Below are positions 9,001 through 18,438 of a DNA stretch of 64,000 nt, piece after piece. Source of the stretch: Promethearchaeota archaeon (GTDB lineage: Archaea; Asgardarchaeota; Hermodarchaeia; Hermodarchaeales; Hermodarchaeaceae). The stretch covers positions 64,001 through 128,000 of the forward strand of contig JBHLMG010000002.1 of NCBI GenBank assembly GCA_048938385.1, written 5' to 3'. The notes below the pieces were generated by a model that saw only the letters and a program-made list of their open reading frames with translations, did not search any database and was not told where the DNA came from. Each line of letters begins with the position of its first letter. Within the stretch, counting starts at the first letter, position 1. A program made the position numbers and the translations under genes.

Positions 9001-10972
9001 GGTCACGACCTTGGATAATAACTGGGAAGAATCCTTTGGAATTACCTTCGAAAAAGGTGCCCAACTACCAAAGTATGTTCCACGCTTTGCTCCCGAATAC
9101 GAGTTGAAAACCTATGTGAATCCCTCTACCCTTGTACCCACCATCACAATGGGCTCTGATGCTGTCACAATCACCAAATACCTCAAGAATGTTCCTTTCC
9201 TCTTCAACCTACGCTATAAAGGCAAACGGGAGCTTTACTCTGGGAATAATTTCCTTGTTGAGAGTGATATCAGTCTTGAAATGCCGATTCAAGGTCGCGT
9301 CGAGGGTGAGTATGAATTCTTACGCATTCGCACTCCTCCTCAAATGATAACAGCTGAGGAGTTGGCACAACCACGGCTACGGAATGGTGTCAATTTCCAA
9401 GAGCTGTTTTATGGCACGGTGTTCATCGGAGATTCGAAATACGATGGTGAATACTACATCTATCGCTTATGGATATGTTTCCAACCCGGTGAACGGACAC
9501 CTGCTCCTGGAGCAAATTACCGACAAGGATGGACAAACCATCGTCTCGACATATTCTTGGACCCGAAAACCTGGGAACCTCGACTCTTAATCACCGATTA
9601 TTTCATTGAATTCGAAGATGGTCGAGGAGAATGGGTAGAAGCTCTATTCACTTTCAAGGCTGCCAGTTCTACTTGGTTTGGTATTCGTCGCCTTACTGCT
9701 GATTTACAACGGGAAGATGATCTCACCCGGTATCCTGCAGCTTTTGAAAACGAAATTCGCCATGCCCTCAGAGATCTGGGCGTCGATGAACAGACTCCTT
9801 TGAAACTGACAGGGTTCGCTCTAGGTCAGCGTCTTGGCTTCATCGAACTGATTCGTGCTAGCTGGTCCCGGAATAAACAGGATGGTCCTGTCATCTTCAA
9901 ACCGCCACGAGCTCACCTCTTCCGGGACTATTGGAGCCAACGTTATGAACACGGTCTTTATCGTGAAGACTGGCAAGGAGGCCCGGATATCAACCTCTAT
10001 GAAATGAAATTCAATGATCGAAGTGGTGGGCACTCCAAGTACATCCGAGCCTCTCGCAAACGGGATTTCCCCCATGAAGTTGGTATCATGACGCGTGAAG
10101 GAGATCGCTGCGATCTTGTCATCACACCTCCTGGAGAAGCCAGTATTCCGATAACCTTACGAAATCTCATTAATCCCCGAAAAATCGAGCTTTGGACCCG
10201 CCCACATGTTAGCTTCAGCCGCCGCTTCAACTTCATCGCCAAATACTTCGGTCGACCACCGAAAATCCACACCACTAGTCTCTACTTCTATAGTACACGC
10301 CGTGAACTTAACCCCTACTATAAAGGCCAAGTTCGCGGGAAAGACCAATGGGTACACTATCCCGCAGCAAAATACTGGACTGGCAAAAAATGGGCTCCTA
10401 TTCCACAAGACTTCCATCCTGCCCAACACCCGGAAAACATCGCTTATGGTATCAATACCTGGCTGGAAGCTGACGCTTACTGGGTCTACCGCTATGTCTG
10501 GTACTGGCCCCTTGAAATCACATTTCCTCTCCCTCACTCTGACTGGGAGCGCGCTGACATTTGGATCAACGCTCGAACAGGCAACATCGAATGGATTACC
10601 AGCGACTATCACTGGCGCGAGCTATGGTATGAGAACTCTGTAAAGGTCCGTGAAGTTAATCCAATCATCGACTTTCTCTTCAACTGGAACACTCCTGAAC
10701 CCCTGACGGTAAAAGATGGAGCCCAAGTTCACCAACCTCTTGCTCCCTACTTTGGTGAGGGTAAGACTATCGGTGAGTTCGCAGATCAACTCCCGTGGCT
10801 TTTCGCACGATACAAGCACAGCTGTGAACACCTACACAAGCTCCACTCTTCCTTCTGGGGTAAGCATAAAGTCAAAATCGTCTACGGGTTCCTTGCTCTC
10901 ATCATTCTGACCATTGTGTTGTTCACGGTTCCGCCCATTCGCGACTTCATCCTAGGACTTCTTCCACCTTGA
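6095..10972 (+). CDS. Large multidomain tail-anchored protein (alpha-solenoid, Ig-like region, two Vps62/NPP1-like modules, C-terminal TM)
   Basis: About 740 aa helical TPR/SNAP-like region, beta-rich middle, HSDWE motif, one C-terminal hydrophobic helix. Likely start is ATG 6107. Confidence 0.7.
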   Translation: MFDSMALLDYGGLVQTYQNAFETAQTELVEIAKHLTKAKGQGIIDILGQITELLQRIQLASATPKLELEVARAIARDYDTIAQRWRELERYFIEEIKYDDYVYRSDEDRAEAAAEALTLIRNQTLHSLEVAGTMFGLSHEWRRAAKCFSTVVQARKAEENPLAALPAIIREYRCYEELADIPQVLSIGRAIFRLLSNITVSLSEEDQHMLSEATEFFRKTAMTAVTNRQKDPDVNVSLAAVYLWNEAIALALLADPEDDKALIRFRALAEFFEQVGKEELAQPSPSLKRFIGSYMEGAFAYLRITRDISGFTVGEARHQSVQLTQYAADFILTLIERLGYQQVRIVDDATKAMKGLIAVFELIQRGYEGARAFQELAKQAGVILVHAQHQQDQPLIDLAMVYRWLCEGASSALHVISSKLVSDIYRIGIVSDVLDIGSKEELRHRIMDLLGLEEEDDIFGLLLDAEVEFDDVVDLFKSLDLFWVAAICKLNLGQLRQNLSFLELKMEPPESAEQALDSAEAETEGEDMPFWGAAPSIDFITAADLYSYSFRLKRGVDETLPIELAGEQESWIPHRDPDDLRRRAAHSHWLAGLANLEEGKIEEGGRELFLAKNAYELLDRHREAIACLEVWMRQLVITITGDELGGARPTQARLREVLTVTDELVGLYTLRRTSAGTIDDILGVVQFLQNQVGMENWTLIVYLRTIEYVREALRVAMHFGTPERVLEILRFLREELRDFLDSDFAIGIYPNFETETTVYFEAETPIKLAILNVSDKEAANLSIRPLGVLPHISPSSSQPWKASRDPSQVTLKHFYIGCDDAAFDIDEETYYQKPADAFGPPHPIPVTLTSSSAPEQEPGSPSQQIISQQPWLGVMWTGDYNGTSIGNLAAFTEEPTTAEMPLRSLDALTQSAFFTVFTKSAREGNILPGQIFPVTFGIYHPGSAQPIAIQTVFFKIASRPKILKANTNWVTTLDNNWEESFGITFEKGAQLPKYVPRFAPEYELKTYVNPSTLVPTITMGSDAVTITKYLKNVPFLFNLRYKGKRELYSGNNFLVESDISLEMPIQGRVEGEYEFLRIRTPPQMITAEELAQPRLRNGVNFQELFYGTVFIGDSKYDGEYYIYRLWICFQPGERTPAPGANYRQGWTNHRLDIFLDPKTWEPRLLITDYFIEFEDGRGEWVEALFTFKAASSTWFGIRRLTADLQREDDLTRYPAAFENEIRHALRDLGVDEQTPLKLTGFALGQRLGFIELIRASWSRNKQDGPVIFKPPRAHLFRDYWSQRYEHGLYREDWQGGPDINLYEMKFNDRSGGHSKYIRASRKRDFPHEVGIMTREGDRCDLVITPPGEASIPITLRNLINPRKIELWTRPHVSFSRRFNFIAKYFGRPPKIHTTSLYFYSTRRELNPYYKGQVRGKDQWVHYPAAKYWTGKKWAPIPQDFHPAQHPENIAYGINTWLEADAYWVYRYVWYWPLEITFPLPHSDWERADIWINARTGNIEWITSDYHWRELWYENSVKVREVNPIIDFLFNWNTPEPLTVKDGAQVHQPLAPYFGEGKTIGEFADQLPWLFARYKHSCEHLHKLHSSFWGKHKVKIVYGFLALIILTIVLFTVPPIRDFILGLLPP

Positions 10973-11053
10973 AATCCAGTGAAACGCAACATTAAGCTTT
11001 AAGTGGTCCAGTATCCTACAGTCTCCCAGTGAAGGCAATCAACTCTCCACTAG

Positions 11054-12259
11054 GTGAACGCTATGAAAGTAGAAGATGTAAAGAATGTCACTGTCCTAGG
11101 TGCTGGCCTTATGGGTCATGGCATCACCCAGTCTTTTGCTCAAGCTGACTTTAATGTGATCATGGTCGATATTAAAGACGAATTCGTCAATACTGGTCTA
11201 GGTAATATTAAGTGGAGCCTTGGCAAATTTCTCGAAAAGGGTAAAATCTCCTCAGCAGACCACGATGCTATCCTCAATCGGATTACCACATCCATAGACC
11301 GAGATGCAGCAGTAAAACACGCTGATCTTATTGTCGAAGCCATCCCTGAAATTCTTCCTCTCAAACAGGAAGTCTTCGCAGATGTCGAAACCAAAGCACC
11401 TAAACACGCCATCCTTGCCACCAACACCAGCTCTCTACCAATCACTGATATCGCTTCAGTGACCCAACACCCCGAAAAAGTCATTGGAATGCATTTTTTT
11501 TCACCAGTTGTGAGGATGAATATTGTTGAAATAATTAAAGGAGAAAAAACTACAGATGATGTCGCTAAAGTCATCTATGCGTTGACTGAAAAGATGGGCA
11601 AAGAACCGGTCATGTGTAATAAGGATGTTCCCGGATTCATCGCAAATGGCATACAAATGTTTCCCTTGAATTTTGTGGGGCAGCTCGTGGATTCAGGGAG
11701 GTTTTCTCCTGAAGAGATTGATTCTGCAACGACGATGAAACTCGGTCTTCCGATGGGAACCTTTGGTTTGTTAGATTTTGTTGGCATTGATGTTGTCTAT
11801 AATGTTCTTAAGTTTATGACGACCCGAATTCCTGGTATGAGAATGGCGAAATGTCTTGAAGCGAAGATACAAAAGGGCGAATTAGGCGCAAAAACGGGGA
11901 AGGGGTTCTATGAGCACCCTGGAAATCGTTGGCAACGACCTACAGTATGGTCCCAAGCGTTAGCTGATAAGTTTGACCCGCAACTTGTGGTTGTAGTGGG
12001 GATTAACCGTGCAGCTGAGCTGGTTGCCGACGGCGTCGCATCACCTGCAGATATTGACAAGACCATGAAGCTGGGTTTCAATCAACCTGTAGGCACCCTA
12101 GAATTAGCTGACTCCTTGGGCATCGATGCTGTCGTAGATAAACTCGAGTTCATTGCCAAAGAGTACGATAACTTCTACTCGCCACATCCATTTCTGAAAC
12201 AAATGGTCAAAGCGAAGAAACTAGGCATGAAAACAGGTGAGGGCTTCTTTAAGTACTAA
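11054..12259 (+). CDS. 3-hydroxyacyl-CoA dehydrogenase with duplicated C-terminal domain
   Basis: GAGLMGHG, VEAIPE, TNTSS, GMHFFSP; two LGxKTGxGFY/F repeats. Confidence 0.92.
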   Translation: MNAMKVEDVKNVTVLGAGLMGHGITQSFAQADFNVIMVDIKDEFVNTGLGNIKWSLGKFLEKGKISSADHDAILNRITTSIDRDAAVKHADLIVEAIPEILPLKQEVFADVETKAPKHAILATNTSSLPITDIASVTQHPEKVIGMHFFSPVVRMNIVEIIKGEKTTDDVAKVIYALTEKMGKEPVMCNKDVPGFIANGIQMFPLNFVGQLVDSGRFSPEEIDSATTMKLGLPMGTFGLLDFVGIDVVYNVLKFMTTRIPGMRMAKCLEAKIQKGELGAKTGKGFYEHPGNRWQRPTVWSQALADKFDPQLVVVVGINRAAELVADGVASPADIDKTMKLGFNQPVGTLELADSLGIDAVVDKLEFIAKEYDNFYSPHPFLKQMVKAKKLGMKTGEGFFKY

Positions 12260-12545
12260 GAGGTTCTCTCCAGCATCGGACCTAACTCTGCGAGGGCTCT
12301 TTTCGACACACTATTTAGCTTTCGAAAATAGAACCGATAACAACAACGCCGACAATTGCCAGTCTAAGAGTTAAGGTTCCGACCGCTGGTGGTTCTTGGG
12401 GATAGGGGTTTGTATTTGAACTTGAATTGATTGGATTGCACTCCAAGGACTTGATACTACTGTATTCAGGGAAGGCTTTGTGTTGGTGCATTAGACTAAT
12501 AACTACTCAAACCAAGAGGAGGTAAGCATCTTTAGAGGCCAAGTA

Positions 12546-13199
12546 TTGAACGCGTTTATTCTTTTCCTCATTTCTGTGGTGCTGATTTCATTGAGCGGCG
12601 CACTTGCACCTGGCCCACTGCTATTTACTAATTTATCCAATGCCTCCCGGTGGGGATGGAAGGGCGGTGTCTGGCTTTCTATTGGTCACACAGTAGTCGA
12701 ATTCCCAGTGATTCTCCTTATTACCTATGGACTTAGCTATTTGATCTACATTCCGTTCCTTCAGTTCATCATTAGTCTTCTTGGGGGTTTTGTACTACTC
12801 GTTGTTGGTATCTTCCAACTACACGAGGCACTAAAGTCCTTCAATGAAATCGAAGATGGCGACTTAGCAAAACTTCGACCCACCCGGCATCCTTTCATGA
12901 TCGGTTTAGCATTTTCTGCTCTAAATCCCTTTTTCCTTGTTTGGTGGTTCACCGTCGGAGCTTCACTTGTACTCATTGCCTGGCTTTTTGCATCAGTCCT
13001 TGGAGTATTAGTAATGTTCGCAAGCCATGTTTGGATTGATTATGTCTGGCTTGCTGGAACGGCTTGGCTCACGGAGAAAGGGATGACCCTTGTTAGCACG
13101 AAAGGATACAGGATACTTCTAGGTGGATTTGGACTGTTGCTAGCCTTTTTTGGTATTCAGTTCTGTTTCAACGCTTTGCTCCTTTTAAATATCTTTTAG
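12546..13199 (+). CDS. LysE-family translocator
   Basis: SGALAPGP, GHTVVE and ALNPFF..WW motifs; about 6 TM helices. Confidence 0.88.
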   Translation: MNAFILFLISVVLISLSGALAPGPLLFTNLSNASRWGWKGGVWLSIGHTVVEFPVILLITYGLSYLIYIPFLQFIISLLGGFVLLVVGIFQLHEALKSFNEIEDGDLAKLRPTRHPFMIGLAFSALNPFFLVWWFTVGASLVLIAWLFASVLGVLVMFASHVWIDYVWLAGTAWLTEKGMTLVSTKGYRILLGGFGLLLAFFGIQFCFNALLLLNIF

Positions 13200-14785
13200 G
13201 ATTTTGCCCGTTCTCGTTTTCCATATCCCCCGCCACCTGGGGTCTGAATGCTAATGATGTCACCTTTGGTTGCAGTAAAGGTCACTTTTCCTGGAAGCGT
13301 ATTCCATTTTCCATTTCGCCAATACGAATTCCTTCCCCTTTTACCCGGTCTTCCACCTTGTAATCCCCAGGGTGCAAATTTGCGTCGTTCACTCTGAATT
13401 GATACAACCGCATAGTTTGCAAGGATCTCAATGTCTCGGCGGATACCCATACCTCCATGGTATTTACCAACTCCACCGCTTCTCGGCATGAGGCGATAGC
13501 GGAGAACTCGTAATGGATATGTGGTTTCAAGGGCTTCAATTGGTGTATTGGCAGTATTCGTCATATGGCTGTGAATACCATTCAAGCCGTCAGCATTGGG
13601 ACGGGCTCCTAAACCGCCACCGATGGTTTCATAAAATGTAAAGAGGTCTTCAGTCTTAGGGATAGGTCCACCTATCGTGAGGTTGTTCATCGTTCCTTGG
13701 CTAGCGGCTGGGATACGATCAGGTAAGGCTGGATGAAGGGCCCCGAATAAGAGATCAACGATTCGTTGGGCGGTTTCCACATTACCAGCAGATACTGCGG
13801 CTGGAGGATGAGGATTAAGAATTGAGCCATGGGGAGCGATTACAACGAGAGGTGAGTAACAGCCGGCATTCACAGGAATTGTGGGATCAGTAATGCAGCG
13901 GAGCACATAATAAGAACACGAGAGCGTTACCGCAAAAGGGGCGTTTACATTACCTTGAGTTTGATGGGAACTACCAGAGAAATCAAAAATTATCTGATTT
14001 GATTTAATGGTGATTTTGACAGCTAAAGGCACTGGGTTTGTCGTTATCCCATCATCATCCAAGTAATCAGTAAAAGTAAATTCGCCCTTTGGAATTTTAC
14101 TTATTTCTTTGAGCATCCGTTGGCGCGAATATTCTTGGATATCTGAAATAAAGGTCAATACGACAGGCTGAGAATATTTTTTGATAATGGTAGTGAACCG
14201 AATGACACCTGTGGTATTAGCTGCTAGTTGGGCGTAGAGATCACCTTGGCGTTCAGTCGGCGTTCTTACATTCGATCGGATTAATTCCCAAAGTCCGTCA
14301 TTTCTTTGGCTGTGTTCGAAGAGTTTGGTCGGTGGTATTCGGAGACCTTCTTGGAAGATTTCCGTGGATGCTCCTGGCATTGATCCGGGCGTGGTCCCTC
14401 CAATGTCTGCGTGGTGGGCGCGGTTCGCTACGAAACCAACAACCTGGTTTTCGAAAACGACTGGAGAAAGTAATGTAATGTCTGGAAGATGAGTTCCTCC
14501 TTCGAATGGGTCATTGAGAATCACTACATCTCCTTCATCCCATTGATTGGGAGGGAACCTTTTGAGGGCAGCACTAACTGAGGCTGGCATTGCTCCTAGG
14601 TGAACGGGAATGTGTTCAGCCTGACTCACCATTTGTCCTTTGGCATCAAAGACAGCCGCAGAGCAATCTCGTCGTTCCTTGATATTTGGTGAATAGGCGG
14701 TTCGAACCAGAGCTGCGCCCATTTCTTCGGCCACGGAGATGAAGGCGTTTCGAAGAACTTCAAAGGAAATAGGATCAGTTTTCAT
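13196..14785 (-). CDS. Hydantoinase B / 5-oxoprolinase subunit B
   Basis: SPNIKERRD, HIPVHLG, NDPFEGGTHLPD, HHADIGG, TPGGGGYG. Confidence 0.95.
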   Translation of the reverse strand: MKTDPISFEVLRNAFISVAEEMGAALVRTAYSPNIKERRDCSAAVFDAKGQMVSQAEHIPVHLGAMPASVSAALKRFPPNQWDEGDVVILNDPFEGGTHLPDITLLSPVVFENQVVGFVANRAHHADIGGTTPGSMPGASTEIFQEGLRIPPTKLFEHSQRNDGLWELIRSNVRTPTERQGDLYAQLAANTTGVIRFTTIIKKYSQPVVLTFISDIQEYSRQRMLKEISKIPKGEFTFTDYLDDDGITTNPVPLAVKITIKSNQIIFDFSGSSHQTQGNVNAPFAVTLSCSYYVLRCITDPTIPVNAGCYSPLVVIAPHGSILNPHPPAAVSAGNVETAQRIVDLLFGALHPALPDRIPAASQGTMNNLTIGGPIPKTEDLFTFYETIGGGLGARPNADGLNGIHSHMTNTANTPIEALETTYPLRVLRYRLMPRSGGVGKYHGGMGIRRDIEILANYAVVSIQSERRKFAPWGLQGGRPGKRGRNSYWRNGKWNTLPGKVTFTATKGDIISIQTPGGGGYGKRERAKS

Positions 14786-16851
14786 GAGGTCTCCTCCATT
14801 ATCAGATTTCCTCCAGAATGGACAACGGCTTTTGTTTGAGGATGAATCACAGTAGTGGTATCCACTTGTTCAATAATTGCTGGACCAAAAATCGTGGCTC
14901 CACCTCCAAGGTTCAAGCGGTCATAAACGGGCGTCTCAACGAATCCGTTGTATTCTTCGAAGAATACGGGTCTTACCTGTTTCGGACTTGGATTCTGTTC
15001 TCCTTGTGGGGGAACTTTAGTAGGCTTTAGAGAGGGCATTGCATGAGTTGCACTCACACGAAGGTTAACAATCGTAACCGGTGATGATGTCGAAGCAAAC
15101 CCATATCTCTGTTTATGCTGTGCGTGAAATGATTGTTCAAGCTTCTTCACCCATGATTTGGTTTTATCAATGCGGGGCACAGGAAGAGTAATCTCATAGG
15201 CCTGTCTTTGGTATCGAAGGTCCGCAAAATATGTAATTTGAATCTCCTGCTTCTTGACGCCTTGGTCCCTCATCAGACCAGCGAGCTGACTTTTCAGTTC
15301 ATGGTATGTCTTGTGAAGATGAGAAACATTTAGATTTTCAGTCGATTCGAGAACTGTCTGACTTTGATCGAAACGCAATTCAGTTGCAAGTAACCCGAGG
15401 GCCGAATGCAACCCAGGTGTAAAAGGAATATCAACTTGAGGAATACCAAGGTTCACAGCCAATGCCCAAGCATGCATCGGTCCAGCTCCACCAAAGGCTG
15501 CTAGTGAAAAGTCGCGAGGGTCATAACCTCGTTGAATCGAAACTACTCTTATAGCCCGTTCCATGTTTGCATTAACGACTCGTATTATTCCATAGGCACA
15601 TTCAATTGGGCTTAACGCGATGCGGTCGGCAAGCTTTGTAATCGCTGCATGGGCTAATTTAAAATCTAGCTTGATCTCTCCTCCCAGAAAATAGTCAGGG
15701 TTAAGCCGACCAAGTATCAAATTAGCATCTGTAACTGTGGCTTGTTCTCCTCCTCCAGCATAAGCAGCTGGACCAGGGATTGCGCCTGCACTCTTTGGTC
15801 CCACTCGTAGGATCTGCCCTTCATCTATCCAAGCAATACTGCCACCACCAGCTCCCACTGTATTCACATCAACCATGGGTACTCGACATGGCCAACCATC
15901 AATTTGTCCTTCACTTGTTTCCTGTACGGTGCCCTGCGTAATCAGAGCTACATCGGTGCTTGTGCCACCCATATCAAAGGTAATTAGGTGGTCTTGGTCT
16001 AACACTTGACTTGTGTATCGTCCTCCGAGGGTGCCCCCTGCTAGTCCACTAAACATTAACCGTACAGCATGGTTACGGGCAAGCTTGGATTGTAAGACGC
16101 CACCATGACTCTGCATGACTAGTAATGGGGCTCGGATACCGATGGCGTTCAAAGCTGTTTCGAGTCGTCTCAAGTATCGCGTAAGAACGGGAGTGATATA
16201 TGCGTTCAAGACAGTGGTAGAAAGCCGCTCATATTCACGATATTCGGGAATTATCTGCGAGGAAAGGGAAATGGGAAGCTCAGGAATGAGTTTGTGTAGG
16301 TGCGCCTGTAAAACCTGTTCGTGAAGAGGATTACGGTAAGCAAATAGTAAGCACACGGCTACGGCTTCAGTGTGGTATCCCGCCTTCTGGATTACTCTTT
16401 GAGCTTCTGAGTTTGTAAGAGGTTGGTGAACTTCCCCATTTGCGAGTATCCGCTCGTCAACGCCTTCTACCTTAGAGCGTTGGACCAGAGGTTCCACTCG
16501 TTCAAGAAATAGATCATAAAGTGCCCTTCGCTGCTGACGACCAATTTCGAGGAGGTCTTCGAATCCCTTGGTAACAATAAGGCTTATGGTTGCACCTTGC
16601 CGTTGAAGTACTGTATTCGTAGCAACAGTTGTTCCATGAAGCAGGTAATCAACTTCATTCGGAGTAACATTTGCGTGTTCTAAAATCCTCTTTACCCCTT
16701 CAATGACGCCTTGCGATGCATCTTCTGGTGTTGACCGAACCTTTTCATGCCACCGGTGCCCTGTTGCGTCAATTAAAATAACATCTGTGAATGTGCCACC
16801 GATGTCAATACCGATTCGAATCGGTTCTTCACCTAGGATGGGGGGGGACAT
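14782..16851 (-). CDS. Hydantoinase A / 5-oxoprolinase subunit A
   Basis: DIGGTFTD, HGTTVATN, DMGGTSTD, GAGGGS; ATGA overlap with subunit B. Confidence 0.95.
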   Translation of the reverse strand: MSPPILGEEPIRIGIDIGGTFTDVILIDATGHRWHEKVRSTPEDASQGVIEGVKRILEHANVTPNEVDYLLHGTTVATNTVLQRQGATISLIVTKGFEDLLEIGRQQRRALYDLFLERVEPLVQRSKVEGVDERILANGEVHQPLTNSEAQRVIQKAGYHTEAVAVCLLFAYRNPLHEQVLQAHLHKLIPELPISLSSQIIPEYREYERLSTTVLNAYITPVLTRYLRRLETALNAIGIRAPLLVMQSHGGVLQSKLARNHAVRLMFSGLAGGTLGGRYTSQVLDQDHLITFDMGGTSTDVALITQGTVQETSEGQIDGWPCRVPMVDVNTVGAGGGSIAWIDEGQILRVGPKSAGAIPGPAAYAGGGEQATVTDANLILGRLNPDYFLGGEIKLDFKLAHAAITKLADRIALSPIECAYGIIRVVNANMERAIRVVSIQRGYDPRDFSLAAFGGAGPMHAWALAVNLGIPQVDIPFTPGLHSALGLLATELRFDQSQTVLESTENLNVSHLHKTYHELKSQLAGLMRDQGVKKQEIQITYFADLRYQRQAYEITLPVPRIDKTKSWVKKLEQSFHAQHKQRYGFASTSSPVTIVNLRVSATHAMPSLKPTKVPPQGEQNPSPKQVRPVFFEEYNGFVETPVYDRLNLGGGATIFGPAIIEQVDTTTVIHPQTKAVVHSGGNLIMEETS

Positions 16852-16988
16852 AATATTCTTTCACACAAGGGGTAATCTTGCGATAAAGTATTCCGTTAGG
16901 CTTTAAACTCCCAAGTTGTTCTAGGTATCTAATGGTAATCCGCTTCAGCGACTCGTGCTTTTTCTACAAGCGTTGAGGAGGCGCAACA

Positions 16989-17231
16989 ATGTCCATGCTA
17001 CAACCAAAAAAACGTCGCCTTGGTCCTTTGAAAGTGATTGACTATCGAGCCTTTCTCGTTCCGGTTCTTATAATGCTTATCGGTGGAATTATCTGGGGCT
17101 TGACTGTGGTATACTGGCCAACCAATCTACCCCTGCTCGTCCTCGGGCAGGTGATCTTCATGATTGGAATGTTTGTGGCGATTATCCTTGGGTTCTGGGT
17201 GATGACGATTATTCGTTTACCAACGAAATAA
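16989..17231 (+). CDS. Small two-TM membrane protein
   Basis: GAGGAGG SD upstream; basic N-terminus and two hydrophobic helices. Confidence 0.65.
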   Translation: MSMLQPKKRRLGPLKVIDYRAFLVPVLIMLIGGIIWGLTVVYWPTNLPLLVLGQVIFMIGMFVAIILGFWVMTIIRLPTK

Positions 17232-17245
17232 TCCCTCAATGGTGT

Positions 17246-17749
17246 TTATTCTTCGGCGTTCTTCACTTGGTTAGGGAGCGGAACTTTAAGTTCATGTTTG
17301 GGTGTTTCAGGTTCATACCATGCAGGGCCAAACCAGCGACCAATCACAGTCCCCGCCATAAGACCTAGGAGCTGGAGCATCACAACACGCACAATTAACA
17401 TAATGCCTGCGATTACAAGGACATCATAAAGCTCCCAGGTGGCAAAGATCATCACGGGAATTGTAATCACAGCCCAAAAGATGACAAAGCCCAGGAAGAT
17501 GCTCATTAGACCACCCAAAACTGCGTAATGGATTTCAGTGCTGTATAAACCAACCAGAATACCGATCAACAACATAGCGATGACGAAGCTGTCCGCCCGA
17601 AGAATCCCTGTTAATACTGTGAAGTTAGCGAATGTAATCATAATTGCTCCAGAAAAAACGGTGATAACGAATCGGATGACGGTCTGCACTTTTTCCTTTT
17701 GTTTTGCGCTCATGTTCATGGTAATTAGACCTCCTCTGCTCCTACCCAT
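17246..17749 (-). CDS. Hypothetical 4-TM membrane protein
   Basis: Four hydrophobic segments. True start is probably an ATG near 17719/17713, after GGAGGT. Confidence 0.65.
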   Translation of the reverse strand: MGRSRGGLITMNMSAKQKEKVQTVIRFVITVFSGAIMITFANFTVLTGILRADSFVIAMLLIGILVGLYSTEIHYAVLGGLMSIFLGFVIFWAVITIPVMIFATWELYDVLVIAGIMLIVRVVMLQLLGLMAGTVIGRWFGPAWYEPETPKHELKVPLPNQVKNAEE

Positions 17750-18276
17750 GGTGTTCCAAGATACGACATTCTAACATTGAGCCATCCACCAAACCATACC
17801 CGCATTGGGTGAAGAATAAACCAAGTTAAATTGCCTGCATCTTCAGCATCAATGATGTGCTGAGCATATCCGCCTTCAATGAGAAACATGAGCCTCAGGG
17901 TCGTTTCCTGTCCTGGCAACAAGAAGACATCGTCATGGTATTCCCGAATTGCAACTTGGTGGTAGTTTTGGGGATCATTCTCGTCTTGGATATAGATGAG
18001 AACATCATAGCGGTAGATATGGACTAAGCGTGAGCCATCATTACTTATATACAAATCGATGGTTAGTAACCGAGAATCTTCACTAGGGGAGGCTTTCTGC
18101 ATTCGTGTTACATGAGGAACAAATTGATTAGCTGTATCATACACGGCGAGATACTCAATGGAAAGGAGGATGCTTCCAACGCCACAAAAAATGACAGTTA
18201 GTAGGAAAATACCGCTAACAACAGTACGGTACTTCGGCTTGGAAATCGCACTTCGAAAGCGTAACATAATGGGCAC
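17725..18276 (-). CDS. Membrane-anchored beta-sandwich (LEA-2-like) hypothetical protein
   Basis: One N-terminal TM, then LTIDLYISNDG..LLPGQETTL pattern. Confidence 0.55.
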   Translation of the reverse strand: MPIMLRFRSAISKPKYRTVVSGIFLLTVIFCGVGSILLSIEYLAVYDTANQFVPHVTRMQKASPSEDSRLLTIDLYISNDGSRLVHIYRYDVLIYIQDENDPQNYHQVAIREYHDDVFLLPGQETTLRLMFLIEGGYAQHIIDAEDAGNLTWFILHPMRVWFGGWLNVRMSYLGTPWVGAEEV

Positions 18277-18438
18277 CTAATAGTGGGCGATAAATCCAAG
18301 CTCTTCAAAAGCTTTCCCCTAGAGGTAATCGATGATAACGCGAGTTTGAAGCCAAGAGTAACTTGCATGATAAGCAAAGCTTATAAAAGCCAATACCTCA
18401 TTTGCAACGATGCTTTAAAAAAGCTGGAGGCATAGCTT

